From an uncultured Acidobacteriota bacterium (GTDB lineage: Bacteria > Acidobacteriota > UBA6911 > RPQK01 > JAPXNP01): a DNA stretch of 64,000 bases. The position numbers and the translations under genes are program-made. The notes beneath the pieces were generated by a model. It made no database searches and was not told where the DNA came from. It saw only the letters and a list, made by a program, of their open reading frames with translations. Shown one piece after another: positions 21,538 through 31,904 of this stretch (its first letter is position 1; each line of letters opens with the position of its first letter). Location of the stretch: positions 160,001-224,000 of the forward strand of contig CAVZRV010000031.1 of the NCBI GenBank assembly GCA_963777605.1, given 5' to 3'.

Positions 21538-23029
21538 TCAGTATTGGCCCAAGACCCAAAACGGCTTAAATATCGTCTGGTAGTTCTCCGATGTGAGACG
21601 AGCGAAGAATTCGCCAGCATAGCGATCGGTCATTCCGGCGATGAAGTCGCAGATTACTCTGACTCTTTGACCGTCGGTGCTGGTCTGGCCAAGCTGTTCA
21701 CGCAGTCAGCCGGAGCAACTGATAGCCATGCTCATCGGCAAGGAATCGAAGATCTCCCTGACTATCTTCCCTCCCCTGAAAGCGACGATCTTCAGCCGAT
21801 TCGAGTTGATGAGAAGGACGTAAATCAAGGCTTGGGACCGGATCCGAAAGCGCTCCTCGGGCTCGACCTCGACTTTTGACGCCTTTGGACAACGATCATT
21901 GAAGATGAAACGCACCGCGCCATCTCCGACAAGGGGACTCGTCAATTGCGAACGAAAGAAGCCACTTCGCGCGCGTATTTCCGCCAGCCGATGCGCAGAG
22001 CCCAGCGCCCGAGGTCCGGCTGTCTTCCATTTTGAATCAAAGCCCAGGAAATCCTCATGAAATGCATCTAGAATGATCTGACTCACCTGGCTGGCGTCAG
22101 TTTTCCCAGTCCCTGGACGGCCCGAGTTCATCGGTGGTTCGGCGAGCGACCGCTTCCAACACCTCATCTCCGGGAAACAGTATTTCTAGGGGGAGCAACA
22201 GTTCCCCCTTTAGCGCGTCTTCCAGGTCATATGTTGAGTAGGGGATATCATCGGCAATATCCATATCTGGCATTCGAGCGTCTTCATCGCGCCTCTGCCC
22301 CACCCGACATCTTTTCGGATCCTTGACACAACAGCGGCCTCTGAAGGGTGTAACCCTTTTCCACTTTCGCTTCGCCAGCGTTTGGAGCCCCTTCATAACG
22401 AATCTCCCGATCGTACTTGAGGACCGCTGCGAGACTCCTCGCACACAGGTCAGCCCGCAAGCTGAGTGCTGTCCTTTACTGTCGTACCAGCGGGGCCTGT
22501 TCTTGCGGCGGCCACTTTGGAAAAGCTGTTTGGATGGATCGTCTAGTTTCTTTTCCAAGCGGCTCAGAAGCCGGAGTGTTTGCGCATTCCCCTCGAATCC
22601 TTCGGCTCCCCCCGTCCTCTCGATCATAATTCGGTTAAGGGCATCCTCTCCGGTATGCCCAAAGGGAGGATGTCCCAAGTCGTGAGCAAGGCCAGCAAAT
22701 TCTACGAGATCCAAGTCCAGCGGACAGCCCAGCTCTTCGAGCATCTGGAAGTTCAGTTTGACCGCGATGCTTTTGGCGATCTGAGCGACTTCGAGAGAAT
22801 GGGTCATGCGATTCCTGAAGAAGTCGGACTCGAGACCGGCAAACAGCTGGGTCTTTCCTTGAAGTCTTCTAAAGGCAGGAGCCTGGATGAGTCGAGCATA
22901 GTCTCGTCGGAATGGGGAGCGCCAACGACCTCTTGGAAGATCGCAAGCCTCATCCAGCAACGGTAGGACCCGCAGATAATCCCCACGAGAATAGAGCAGG
23001 CTATTAATTGTGTTCACGAGATGTGGCAT
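21538..23029 (-). CDS. dgt: dGTP triphosphohydrolase (HD domain), frameshifted
   Basis: [71 protein letters not shown]; C-terminus [15 protein letters not shown]...*, stop at 21538-21540. Confidence 0.88.
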
Positions 23030-23318
23030 CCGAGCAGGACTCTACCATTCGGCGAATGTTTCCAATCCTTCCGGCATCCGGAATTCTCGGCGCGACTTCA
23101 AATCGGATCGAAGGGACTCGTGGCACCGGCGGAAAGGAACTGTGCAATCTCCATCGATCCGGATTCTTTCCAGTCACTTTGAGGACTGTTTCGAAGTGAT
23201 CGTACCATCAGCGTTCGAGCCGACGCGAGTACCAATTTGTTTCCCGGCAAGGAATCAGAAAGTTCCTGTTCGCGGGAGTCAGCAGGGCGCGATCCATCGG
23301 CACGAAGCAGCCAAGTTC

Positions 23319-23480
23319 TCACTCATAACGGCCGAACTCTTCGACCAGGGGATAGAGGGGTCTCCAGGTTCGTCGGAAGTGTGCCGGGGGGCCACTGAGC
23401 AGGCAGAGCTAAGGATGTACACTCCTCCAGGCATGGCGACGGAAAGCCGTCTCCGCACATCCTCTCGGATGAGGGTGTAA
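23319..23480 (-). pseudogene. C-terminal remnant of a second URO-D/MtaA-CmuA family gene, truncated at a mini-IS6
   Basis: IREDVRRRLSVAMPGGVYILSSACSVAP then, shifted, NLETL.PLVEEFGRYE*. Confidence 0.65.
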
Positions 23481-23824
23481 GGCACTGTCAAGTTGATGGG
23501 CTCGTTGAGAAAATACAGGAATGAACTCGCTCTACAAAGGTCATCATTTTCCTGCTGAGATGATTGGTTGTGAAGATTCAGGGCCAACGGTCCTCTCTTT
23601 GGAGAGCAGTCGATCAGGATGGCGATGTTCTCGACATCCTGGTAACCAGGAGGCGAAACACGAAAGCAGCTAAGCGGTTCTTTCGTCGCCTCTTGAAGGG
23701 GGCAAGGCTCTGTTTCCAACAGGGGCTCGTTACCGACAAACTGGGCAGCTGCCGTGCCCCTCATCGAGAGTTCCTCCCGTCAGTTCCCCTTTTCTCGCCC
23801 TCAGCGAGTTAAGTTGACAGTACC
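23481..23824 (+). mobile_element. Internally deleted IS6-family element (344 bp, both IRs present)
   Basis: IRL ggcactgtcaagtt (23481-23494) and IRR aagttgacagtacc (23811-23824) match 12/14; inside MNSLYKGHHFPAE is joined to LWRAVDQDGDVLDILV...AKRFFRRLL..VTDKL. Confidence 0.85.
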
Positions 23825-24177
23825 CGCTCCACTCTTCAATGAAGGCAATGGTACAGTGAGTCGTTTCACGGCGGTCTCCTGGGGGTAGCGAGTCAGATTG
23901 AAAAGGTCGATTAGGCGACGGGTTGGGCGAGTCATCGTGGACTCTCCTCGAGTCGCGTTGTTGATGAGCCATCGTCGCAACGAGGGGGTTTTTGGGGGCC
24001 TGCAGGATCCATGTTGGTTTCTTCGGGGGATCTGTGAAGAGCGTAAATCGTTGTTAGGAAAGCGTTTGCTTGGTACAGAAATCGCTCAATGGCTGCTACT
24101 GCGCTACGCTGCCGGGCAGCAAACAATCCAATTGCCTTCGTGGAGGGCATCCAAATGAATCATCGAACGGAATCCAA

Positions 24178-26398
24178 ATGAACCATCGACGAACTCTCGC
24201 CTGGGGTTTAGCCCTGCTGTGCCTGCTTACCGCCTCCAACGCCGCTGCCGAAGACGAGCGACTGACGCTCGACTGGATATACAGCGACGAGGGCAAAACC
24301 GCGACGGCGATGCCGGAAGTCGTGTGGATCGACTCGGGCCAGGCCCTGCTCTACGATCAGCAACCCCCTAAAGCGGAACGAACGATCGAGTCCTTCGATC
24401 CTGGAGCGCGGATACGCGGGTGAAGCAGGTCGATCCGAAGAAAGCCCTCGCAAGCCTCACGGATCTGCTCGAGCCCGAAGAGCCGCTCGAGGAGCTCGGT
24501 TGGCCGGACGCCATCGACCCGAAGGGGCACTGGGGCGCCTACGTGAAGGAAGACGTCTCTTCCTACTCGATCTCGACAGCTCGGAGTTCGTCGCGGTCAG
24601 CGTCACCGACGCGGAGGAGAAGTCACCCCACTTTTCACCCGACGGCAGCCAGTTCGCCTTCGTGCGCGCCAACGATCTCTACCTCTACGACCTCGAAACC
24701 CGCAAGACCAAACGGCTGACCGAGGACGGCACCGACAGCCTCCTGAATGGCACCGTCTCGTGGGTCTACTGGGAGGAGATCTTCGGCCGGGCCGATCGGG
24801 GCTACGAGTGGGCCCCGGACTCGAAGTCGATCGCCTACCTACAGACGGATGAGTCTGCCGTCGGTCTCGCGAGTTTCGTCGATTTCGAGCCCAACCTTCC
24901 GAGAGTCATCCATCAGCGCTACCCGAAGACCGGTGAGGCCAATCCGCGCGTGCGCGCAGGCGTGCTCGATCTCGACAGTGGCAAGACGACCTGGGTTGAC
25001 CTGGGGGTCTACCCCTACGAGTATCTGGTGCGCATGAACTGGCTCGCCGATAGCACGCGGCTCGCGGTTCAGACCCTCGACCGCCCCCAGACGACTCTCG
25101 ACCTGTTCCTGGTCGATGCGGCGACGGGCAAGGTGAGTCACCTGCTCCGCGAGACCGATCCCGGCTGGGTTAATATCAACGACGACCTCCACTTCCTGGA
25201 CGACGACAGCGGCTTCTTATGGGTCTCAGAACGGACCGGCTACTCCCATCTCTATCTCTATGACATGACCGGCAAGCTGGTGCGGCAGGTGACCCAGGGA
25301 GACTGGGCACTTCGTGCCTCCGCCGCCGTCTTCTGGGCCCGCAAGGCCGTCGCTCACGTGGAAGGGGATCAAGTCTTCTTCACCGCACTCGAGGCGTCGT
25401 CGATCGAGAAGCATCTGTACCGGATCGCGCTGGACGGCACCGGGATGAAGCGCCTCTCCGCCGAGAAGGGAACCCATCGGATCCTCTTCCGGCCCGACGG
25501 CAAGTACTACCTCGACGAGCACTCCGCGAACGAGCGGCTCCCAGAGCTGGTTCTGCGCCGTGCCGACGGTGTGGCCGTCCGGACGGTGTCGACATCGCAA
25601 CAGGATCGGCTCGAGCCTTTCAATCTCCAGCCGCGCCAGTTGTTCGAGATCGAGGCCGCAGACGGCTTCCATATGCCGGCGATGATGCTCAGACCGCGCG
25701 GTTTCGACCCCACGAAGAAGTACCCGGTCGTCATCTATGTATACGGCGGCCCCTCGGCGCCGACCGTCTCAGATAGCTGGGCCGGAACGCCTCGAAACTA
25801 TGTCGAGCAGATGCTAGCCGACCGCGGATATGTCGTGCTCTACGTCGACAATCGCAGCGCAACGGCAATCAGCAAGTCACTCGAGAACCGGATCCTCGGC
25901 GACGGCTACGGCTCGGTCGAGCTAGGGGATCTGCTGGACGCCGTCACGTGGCTCAAGGCACAGCCCTACGTCGACCCGGAACGCGTCGGCATCTGGGGCT
26001 GGAGCGGCGGCGGCTCGTACACCCTGCTCGCGATGACCAGCTCGCAGGAATTCCGCGCGGGAGTCGCTGTCGCGGCAGTCACCGATTGGCGCTACTACGA
26101 CACGATCTGGGCCGAGGCCTACATGAAGCGGCCACAGGACAACCCTGAGGGCTACGAGAAAACCTCCCACGCCGAGCGGGCCAAGAATCTCCACGGCCGA
26201 CTCCTGCTGGTTCACGGCACTTACGACGACAACGTGCACCCGCAAAACGCCTGGCGTTTCACCGACGAACTCATCAAGGCCGGGATTACATTCGACATGA
26301 TGATCTACCCGATGCGCAAGCATCCGATCAAAGACGACGAGGCGCAAATACACCTGTACCGGACGATGCTCGAGTTCTGGGAGCGGAATCTGCACTGA
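24178..26398 (+). CDS. S9 family dipeptidyl peptidase IV-like exported peptidase (two frameshifts near the N-terminus)
   Basis: Signal peptide; LLNGTVSWVYWEEI, YPKTGEANP, YVYGGP, GIWGWSGGG, VHGTYDDNVHPQN, YPMRKH. Confidence 0.92.
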
Positions 26399-26780
26399 GG
26401 ACGATCTCAGCTTCGTCTGCTTCGAAAGGCTCAGGACCTTCTGGAATTGACGGTGCGGACTGGAACGTCGATGGCGGATCGGTAATCGTACACAGCAGCC
26501 GAAGAGCGGAGTCGGCCGTCCGTAGCGAATGTCATCCGAGAGCTGGCCACTGAACGTGCTGACGGCGATTTCAGAAAGCCCAAAGACGAACATCGCCTGG
26601 AAGCGCAGGTCCTGCGAGTGTTCCCTTTCTGGCCACCCCTAATCTGTTCGCCTTCAGGCCAAGATAACAATATCTTTCTCGAAATGGGTTGGGGCGCATT
26701 GTAAAGCGGCGGCTGTCAGGCAGTCGGGGTTGACTCTAACAGTGAGGGAGATTAGCGTGCAGTTCGGAGGCACGATTTTT

Positions 26781-28205
26781 ATGGGGCAGACTCGATTTGC
26801 TGTCAAGGGGATGATCCTGGTCGCATGCATGCTTGTGGCTTGCGCGGCCCTCTTCACGGGTTTCATCGGCTTTTCCACCGGCCGACCCGTCATGCAAAAG
26901 CAGACCACACCAAATTTCGTGATCATTTTTCTTGATGATTCCGGATGGGCGGATTTCAGGCCGTTCGGGAATCCAAGATACCCGACCCCCAGTGTCGATC
27001 GGCTGGCGTCGGAAGGCTCTCTATTTCGCAACTTCTACGTCCCCCAAGCGATTTGTTCCGCCTCGCGAGCCGCACTGCTGACCGGGTGCTTTCCGGGCCG
27101 AACGAAAATGTTTGGCGCGCACGGCCCCAATGCGCGAGGGGTAGACCCGAAGTTTGCCACCATCGGAGAAGTCCTGCGGCGCGCAGGGTATGCCACTGCC
27201 GTCTTCGGGAAATGGCACATCGGAGATCAACCGGAGACGCGTCCACCGGCCCGCGGCTTCGATGAATCAAGTGGACTGATGTATTCCAACGACATGTGGA
27301 AATATCATCCCGAGGATCCGGAATACTGGGGGAAATATCCGCTGCGGTACTGGGAAAACGGAAAAGTCACCATTCCGGAGGTGACTCCGAAAGATCAGAT
27401 GATGCTCACCACCTGGTACACGGAAAATGCGGTCGATTTCATCGAGCGGAACAATAACCGTCCGTTCTTCCTGTACGTGCCACACAACATGTCCCATGTT
27501 CCTCTGTTCGTGAGTAAAAAGTTCCGCGGCAAATCGGGTGTGGGCCTCTACGGGGACGTCATGATGGAGCTCGACTGGTCAGTAGGCCAAATCATGGAGG
27601 CGCTGAAAAGAAACGGCCTCGAGGGGAATACCATGGTCATCTTCTCGTCGGATAACGGGCCCTGGTCGGTGTACGGCGATCATGCCGGAACAACCCCGTT
27701 TCGGGAAGCGAAGGGCACCTCGTTTGATGGTGGTGTTCGATCAGCGACCATCATGAAATACCCGGGAGCGATTCCGGCAGGCATCGTATCTGAGTCCGCA
27801 CTCTGCTCCATCGATATCCTGCCAACGATTGCGTACCTGGCTGGCGCCGATTTGCCGGAGAATCAGATCGATGGTTTAAACGTGTGGAAGCTGATCTCGA
27901 ATCAGCCCAAGGCGCGGAACCCGCATGCCTATTACCCGCTGTCCACCGGGGAACACTTCGAAGGGATTATCTCGGGCGACGGAAAGTGGAAATTGCACCT
28001 TCCTCACTCGTACAGGCACGTGGTGCAGTACGGTGAGGACGGCTTCGCGGGTAAATACGCGCAACAAGAGCAAGAGTTGGCGCTCTATGACATGGAAGCC
28101 GATCCTTACGAACGGATGAATGTGATTGGGGATCATCCCGACATCGCCGAACAGCTCGAACGACTTGCCGAACAGCACCGGCAGGAGTTCTATGCCGGAG
28201 AATAG
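26781..28205 (+). CDS. Sulfatase (arylsulfatase A-like, S1)
   Basis: PNFVIIFLDDSG, CSASRAALLTG, GKWH, SHVP, FSSDNG, KGTSFDGGVR; GGAGG RBS before ATG 26781. Confidence 0.93.
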   Translation: MGQTRFAVKGMILVACMLVACAALFTGFIGFSTGRPVMQKQTTPNFVIIFLDDSGWADFRPFGNPRYPTPSVDRLASEGSLFRNFYVPQAICSASRAALLTGCFPGRTKMFGAHGPNARGVDPKFATIGEVLRRAGYATAVFGKWHIGDQPETRPPARGFDESSGLMYSNDMWKYHPEDPEYWGKYPLRYWENGKVTIPEVTPKDQMMLTTWYTENAVDFIERNNNRPFFLYVPHNMSHVPLFVSKKFRGKSGVGLYGDVMMELDWSVGQIMEALKRNGLEGNTMVIFSSDNGPWSVYGDHAGTTPFREAKGTSFDGGVRSATIMKYPGAIPAGIVSESALCSIDILPTIAYLAGADLPENQIDGLNVWKLISNQPKARNPHAYYPLSTGEHFEGIISGDGKWKLHLPHSYRHVVQYGEDGFAGKYAQQEQELALYDMEADPYERMNVIGDHPDIAEQLERLAEQHRQEFYAGE

Positions 28206-28427
28206 AGCCCGAAGAAGTCGTCCAAACGATAAAACGAAACCTGAAGGTTGAGTGGGTCGAAGCGCAACGCGAAGACGTGAAAGCCGGGATTTGCGCAGCA
28301 GTAAATGGCGTTCTCCGGGTGACACATGTCGGATCGCTTCCATAGGTTGAATGTTCTGAAAGCCCTGCGGTAGGGACACTGGCCTCTCACGGAGCCTGGA
28401 TTTTACGAGCAACGTCCCTGGAACCAC

Positions 28428-28700
28428 ATGCCCAGCACCGAGGACAGAAAGATCACTTTTCAGCGTTTGAAGGAAATTTACGAAGTGAGCAGATATCCGA
28501 AAGGAAGATCGGTTGACGGGAAAGAATTTGTACCTCTCGAAAATCGTCGTCCTGACTTGAGTTTCATGATCGAGCGTGAAGAATCTTTAGAGCTGGAAAA
28601 ATACCGGGAGAGGCTGGACGAGATGATTAGAGACTATGCGAAAGTAAATGACCTGGAGGATTTTGCAGGTCGGCAAAGTGAAATCGACTATGATGAATAG
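28428..28700 (+). CDS. Hypothetical acidic protein (lower GC), possibly a gene fragment
   Basis: 90-aa ORF with protein-like composition; no recognised motif. Confidence 0.4.
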   Translation: MPSTEDRKITFQRLKEIYEVSRYPKGRSVDGKEFVPLENRRPDLSFMIEREESLELEKYRERLDEMIRDYAKVNDLEDFAGRQSEIDYDE

Positions 28701-28832
28701 CTAATCGTCGTAGTTGTCGTTGGCGTGCCTCAAAGCTGGATCGCAGACCTTTCTGGCTTGCAGACTCCTAGCCCTTGCTGTACATGAGACTCTTAATACT
28801 GTCCAGCAACGTGACCGGGTGAAGGGAGGCTT

Positions 28833-29852
28833 GATGAAGAAAGGGCATGATCCCCTGAAGCTGTATGACGGGCTGTCCGGAGCGATGCCCTTTGTCTCCT
28901 CTTTTCTCGATGCCTCCGCCGTGATCCACCTCGCTGTTCTGAGCCCCGACGGCGGGATGCGGCTAGTAAACCGGACGCTTGCCGACTGCCTCAAGGCAAG
29001 TCCGGAGGAGTTGGCAGGCCAGAGTTTTCTGGATTTCTTGACCACCCCGGACGGAGAGACTTTGACCCGTCGGCTTGCGTCGCCGGACGCCTCGTGCGAC
29101 GAAGAATTCCTCTTGAATGTAATCGACACCGACCAGATTCCGCATTCTCTTCGCTTCCGGATTGCGGCCATCGAGGGCGGCTTTCTCGTGCTGGGCGAGC
29201 CCCCGCAGCTGGAATCGTGCTGCGCAAGGACTTCCATATCTTCACCACCTCAGATGTCAGGGAGGCCCAAGACCTGTTTGCCTCAGAGACGCTCTTCTCT
29301 ATGGTCATTTCCGATCAGCGGATGCCGGTGATGACCGGAGCGGAGCTTCTTGCCAGGGTGGCCGAAATCAGCCCCGATACCGCCCGCATCCTTCTCACCG
29401 GCTACGCCGATATCGAAGCCGTTATCGAGGCGGTCAACCAGGGGCAGATCATTCACTATATAACTAAACCCTGGGATGCGGACAGATTGCTTTCCCTGCT
29501 CAAACCCATCGCCGAAAGGCATGCCCTGCTGCAGGAAAACCGGAAACTTATCCGGCAGCTGGCCGAGATCAATGCACTCTCAAATGATTCTGCGGCACGG
29601 ATTGAAGACTTGGAAAAGGTACGATCAACCGTCGAGTGTGAAAACCAGACCCTGAAGGCAGCCTACAAGCAGTTGGATACATCGTTCTGGCACCTGCGCA
29701 AGATCCAGGAGGTCCTCCCCATCTGCATGGGATGCCGCAAGGTCAAGACTGCCGATGCCTCCTGGGAGGATGTGGTCAGCTTTCTGAAAAATAACTCAAT
29801 GTTTCTGAGCCATGGCTATTGTCCGGACTGTGAACAAAGATTACTGGAGTAG
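28833..29852 (+). pseudogene. PAS domain joined out of frame to a truncated receiver + coiled coil + LPICxxC...HGYCPDC tail
   Basis: PAS (LVNRTLADCL..SPEELAGQSFLDFL..FLVLGEPP); receiver (VISDQRMPVMTG, LLTGYAD, YITKPWD) lacking its first strand; LPICMGCRKVK...SHGYCPDC. Confidence 0.75.
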
Positions 29853-29894
29853 TGCCCAGGATACATCCACCGGTTGAAAAAGGAGGAGGACTCC

Positions 29895-30035
29895 ATGCCA
29901 ACAACACCTGTGAATCAGGCAAAAACCGCACCACCGAAAACTGCACCTGAAAAGGACACGGTCCTCGCAGACGCCCTGCGCCGGGAATATCTGCAGGAGA
30001 TCCTGGCAGGCAGGCGTAAAACCGCCCTGGAACTT
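29895..30035 (+). pseudogene. N-terminal stub resembling cobalamin B12-binding domain proteins
   Basis: Strong AGGAGGAGG RBS; ALRREYLQEILAGRRKTALEL, then an abrupt switch into repeat-derived sequence. Confidence 0.45.
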
Positions 30036-30121
30036 CATTTTGGAGATGAACTGGAAGAACTGGAGAAGTTGGGTGCGTCCAGTGTGAGATTGGGGCCTCG
30101 AAAGCGAATCCAGGGAAGGAT

Positions 30122-30340
30122 TGCGCGCCGAAGGCGCAAACTCATTCTGAGCCCGGGGCAACCGCCCCGGGACTCGGTTGATTGGATCGCAAAGTAGCGC
30201 TGAAAGCGCGATTCAAATACCCCCAGAGGCGTAACTTCGCCTCTCGGATTCCTTTGGGCCCGTGAATCTCGCACGTGGCCGGAGCGGGACTGAATCGCAC
30301 TTTCAGTGCTGCATTGCCGTCTCGGCTCCCATTCCCGGAT
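30122..30340. repeat. REP/REPIN-like inverted pair of a dispersed palindromic repeat
   Basis: 30122-30216 is the approximate reverse complement of 49991-50088; 30287-30338 is a near-identical direct copy of 49991-50043; internal palindromes cccggggcaaccgccccggg and gcgctgaaagcgc. Confidence 0.75.
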
Positions 30341-30651
30341 AAACCGGGCATGGAGAGCCAGCAGCCGGCGCAACTGTTCCAAAGATTCGTCTTTCTGGGA
30401 AGCCACCGACTGGGCATTGTCGAGAAACGCCCCCGAACCATGTCGAGTACGTCTATCAAATTGGCCCACCGGCAACTCCGAATGACAAAAATCACTGACA
30501 ACCCAGGGCTCTCCAGTCCATCATCCATTCCGGATTGGAGAAACTCTTCGGGCAATGAATCCTGCCCACACTCCAGATTTGTTGCGGGAGCCTCGTTCCC
30601 GCCTGAGCAACACTGAGCCAACGCTTCGGACGATGCCACTTCGGGAGTCAA

Positions 30652-31386
30652 GTGAAGAACACAGAATCCGGGTCGAATCGGCTGACCAGTAAACCCGCTG
30701 AGGTCTTGGCACGGGTGCGCCTGTTTCGGGGGCTGGGGGCCGAAGAATGTACAGAGGTCATCAGTCTTGCCCGTGTTGTCCCTATGGGAGCCAATCAGTA
30801 CTTCTTCAGTCAAGGCCAGGCGGCGACCGTCCTGTTTGTGCTGCTCGCCGGAAAGGTAAAGGTTAGTCAAATCAATGCAGAAGGTCATCAGATCGTACTT
30901 CGCTATGTAGGCGCAGGCGAGACGTTCGGCTGCGTCCCCCTCTATGGAGGCACCGAGTATCCGGCCACCGCCGAAACCGTCACTCGATGTCGAGCGCTTG
31001 GATGGGACCGCCCTGTAATGGATCGTCTCATGAAGAACTATCCGATCATCACTCTCAACGCGCTGGAACTCCTGGGTGAGGAGTTGTCCGAGCTCCGCAC
31101 CCGCTACATGGAGCTCTCCACTGAACGAGTGGAACGACGGGTTGCGCGAGCGCTGCTCCGATTGGTGAATCAAGCCGGTCGGAAGGTCGACGAAGGTGTG
31201 CTGATTGACTTCCCGCTTTCCCGTCAAGATCTTGGAGAGATCACAGGGACGACCCTCCACACGGTAAGCCGCATCGTCAGCCGCTGGGAAGAGGCGGGGA
31301 TTGTCGCCACCGGCAGGCGACGATTCGTGATCCGCCGACCGCACGGACTCGTTTCGATCGCCGAAGACCTGGAACGAAGAGAATAA
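30652..31386 (+). CDS. Crp/Fnr family regulator, NnrR-like
   Basis: cNMP-like domain (GKVKVSQ, GETFG, YPATAE), VERRVARALL, HTH LGEITGTTLHTVSR as in NnrR proteins. Confidence 0.9.
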   Translation: MKNTESGSNRLTSKPAEVLARVRLFRGLGAEECTEVISLARVVPMGANQYFFSQGQAATVLFVLLAGKVKVSQINAEGHQIVLRYVGAGETFGCVPLYGGTEYPATAETVTRCRALGWDRPVMDRLMKNYPIITLNALELLGEELSELRTRYMELSTERVERRVARALLRLVNQAGRKVDEGVLIDFPLSRQDLGEITGTTLHTVSRIVSRWEEAGIVATGRRRFVIRRPHGLVSIAEDLERRE

Positions 31387-31521
31387 CGCCCTTCTGTGAC
31401 CCCAAATGCCCGGAAATCACCGATCGCTGAGAAGGATATTTGACCGGTCAGGAGCGACCGCATGAGAGCGCAGCCTGTTGTGATCCCAAAACCCCCAACT
31501 TCCCAAGATAAATTCCTGCAG

Positions 31522-31564
31522 TTTGACCGCGCGCAAAGAACCGCGACTCAAGTTCCTCTATCGT
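31522..31564 (+). promoter_or_regulatory. Putative NnrR/FNR-type box with class II promoter
   Basis: TTTG-accgcgcg-CAAA at 31522-31537 (TTG-N8-CAA) and TATCGT at 31559-31564; this spacing places the box near -41.5. Confidence 0.55.
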
Positions 31565-31835
31565 GGCAATTGAAGTGAAGGAAACGACGAGCGAAAACAT
31601 TCCCACCTCTGCCTGGACGGTCTCCGACGTCATCGCCCGATGTCCGGAGTCGATCTCGGTCTTGAACGGTCTCCGAATGGCATGCGTGGGATGCGTCATG
31701 GGGCCGTTCGAAACTTTGGGCGAGGCGGCCGAAGCCCATGATCTCGACCCCGAAAGGCTCATGGAAAGAATTCTTGAAGCCCAGGAACTCAGGAAAATGA
31801 ATCGTGCGACGCGGAAGATCAAGCGCTCGAGATAG
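31563..31835 (+). CDS. DUF1858 domain protein (hybrid-cluster-associated redox disulfide domain)
   Basis: TVSDVIARCPES...MACVGC..FETLGEAAEAHDLDPE. Confidence 0.8.
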   Translation: MAIEVKETTSENIPTSAWTVSDVIARCPESISVLNGLRMACVGCVMGPFETLGEAAEAHDLDPERLMERILEAQELRKMNRATRKIKRSR

Positions 31836-31904
31836 ACAGATTAGAGACACGGCCCTGGAGGACCGGCGCTCGGGAAATTCTCACTCAGGAAGGAAGGATA
31901 GACG

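Noticed and set aside
1-24600. Programmed frameshifting or alternative genetic code as the cause of broken ORFs
   Set aside because: Breaks are frame changes at scattered sites without a shared slippery motif, and neighbouring genes translate normally with standard stops.
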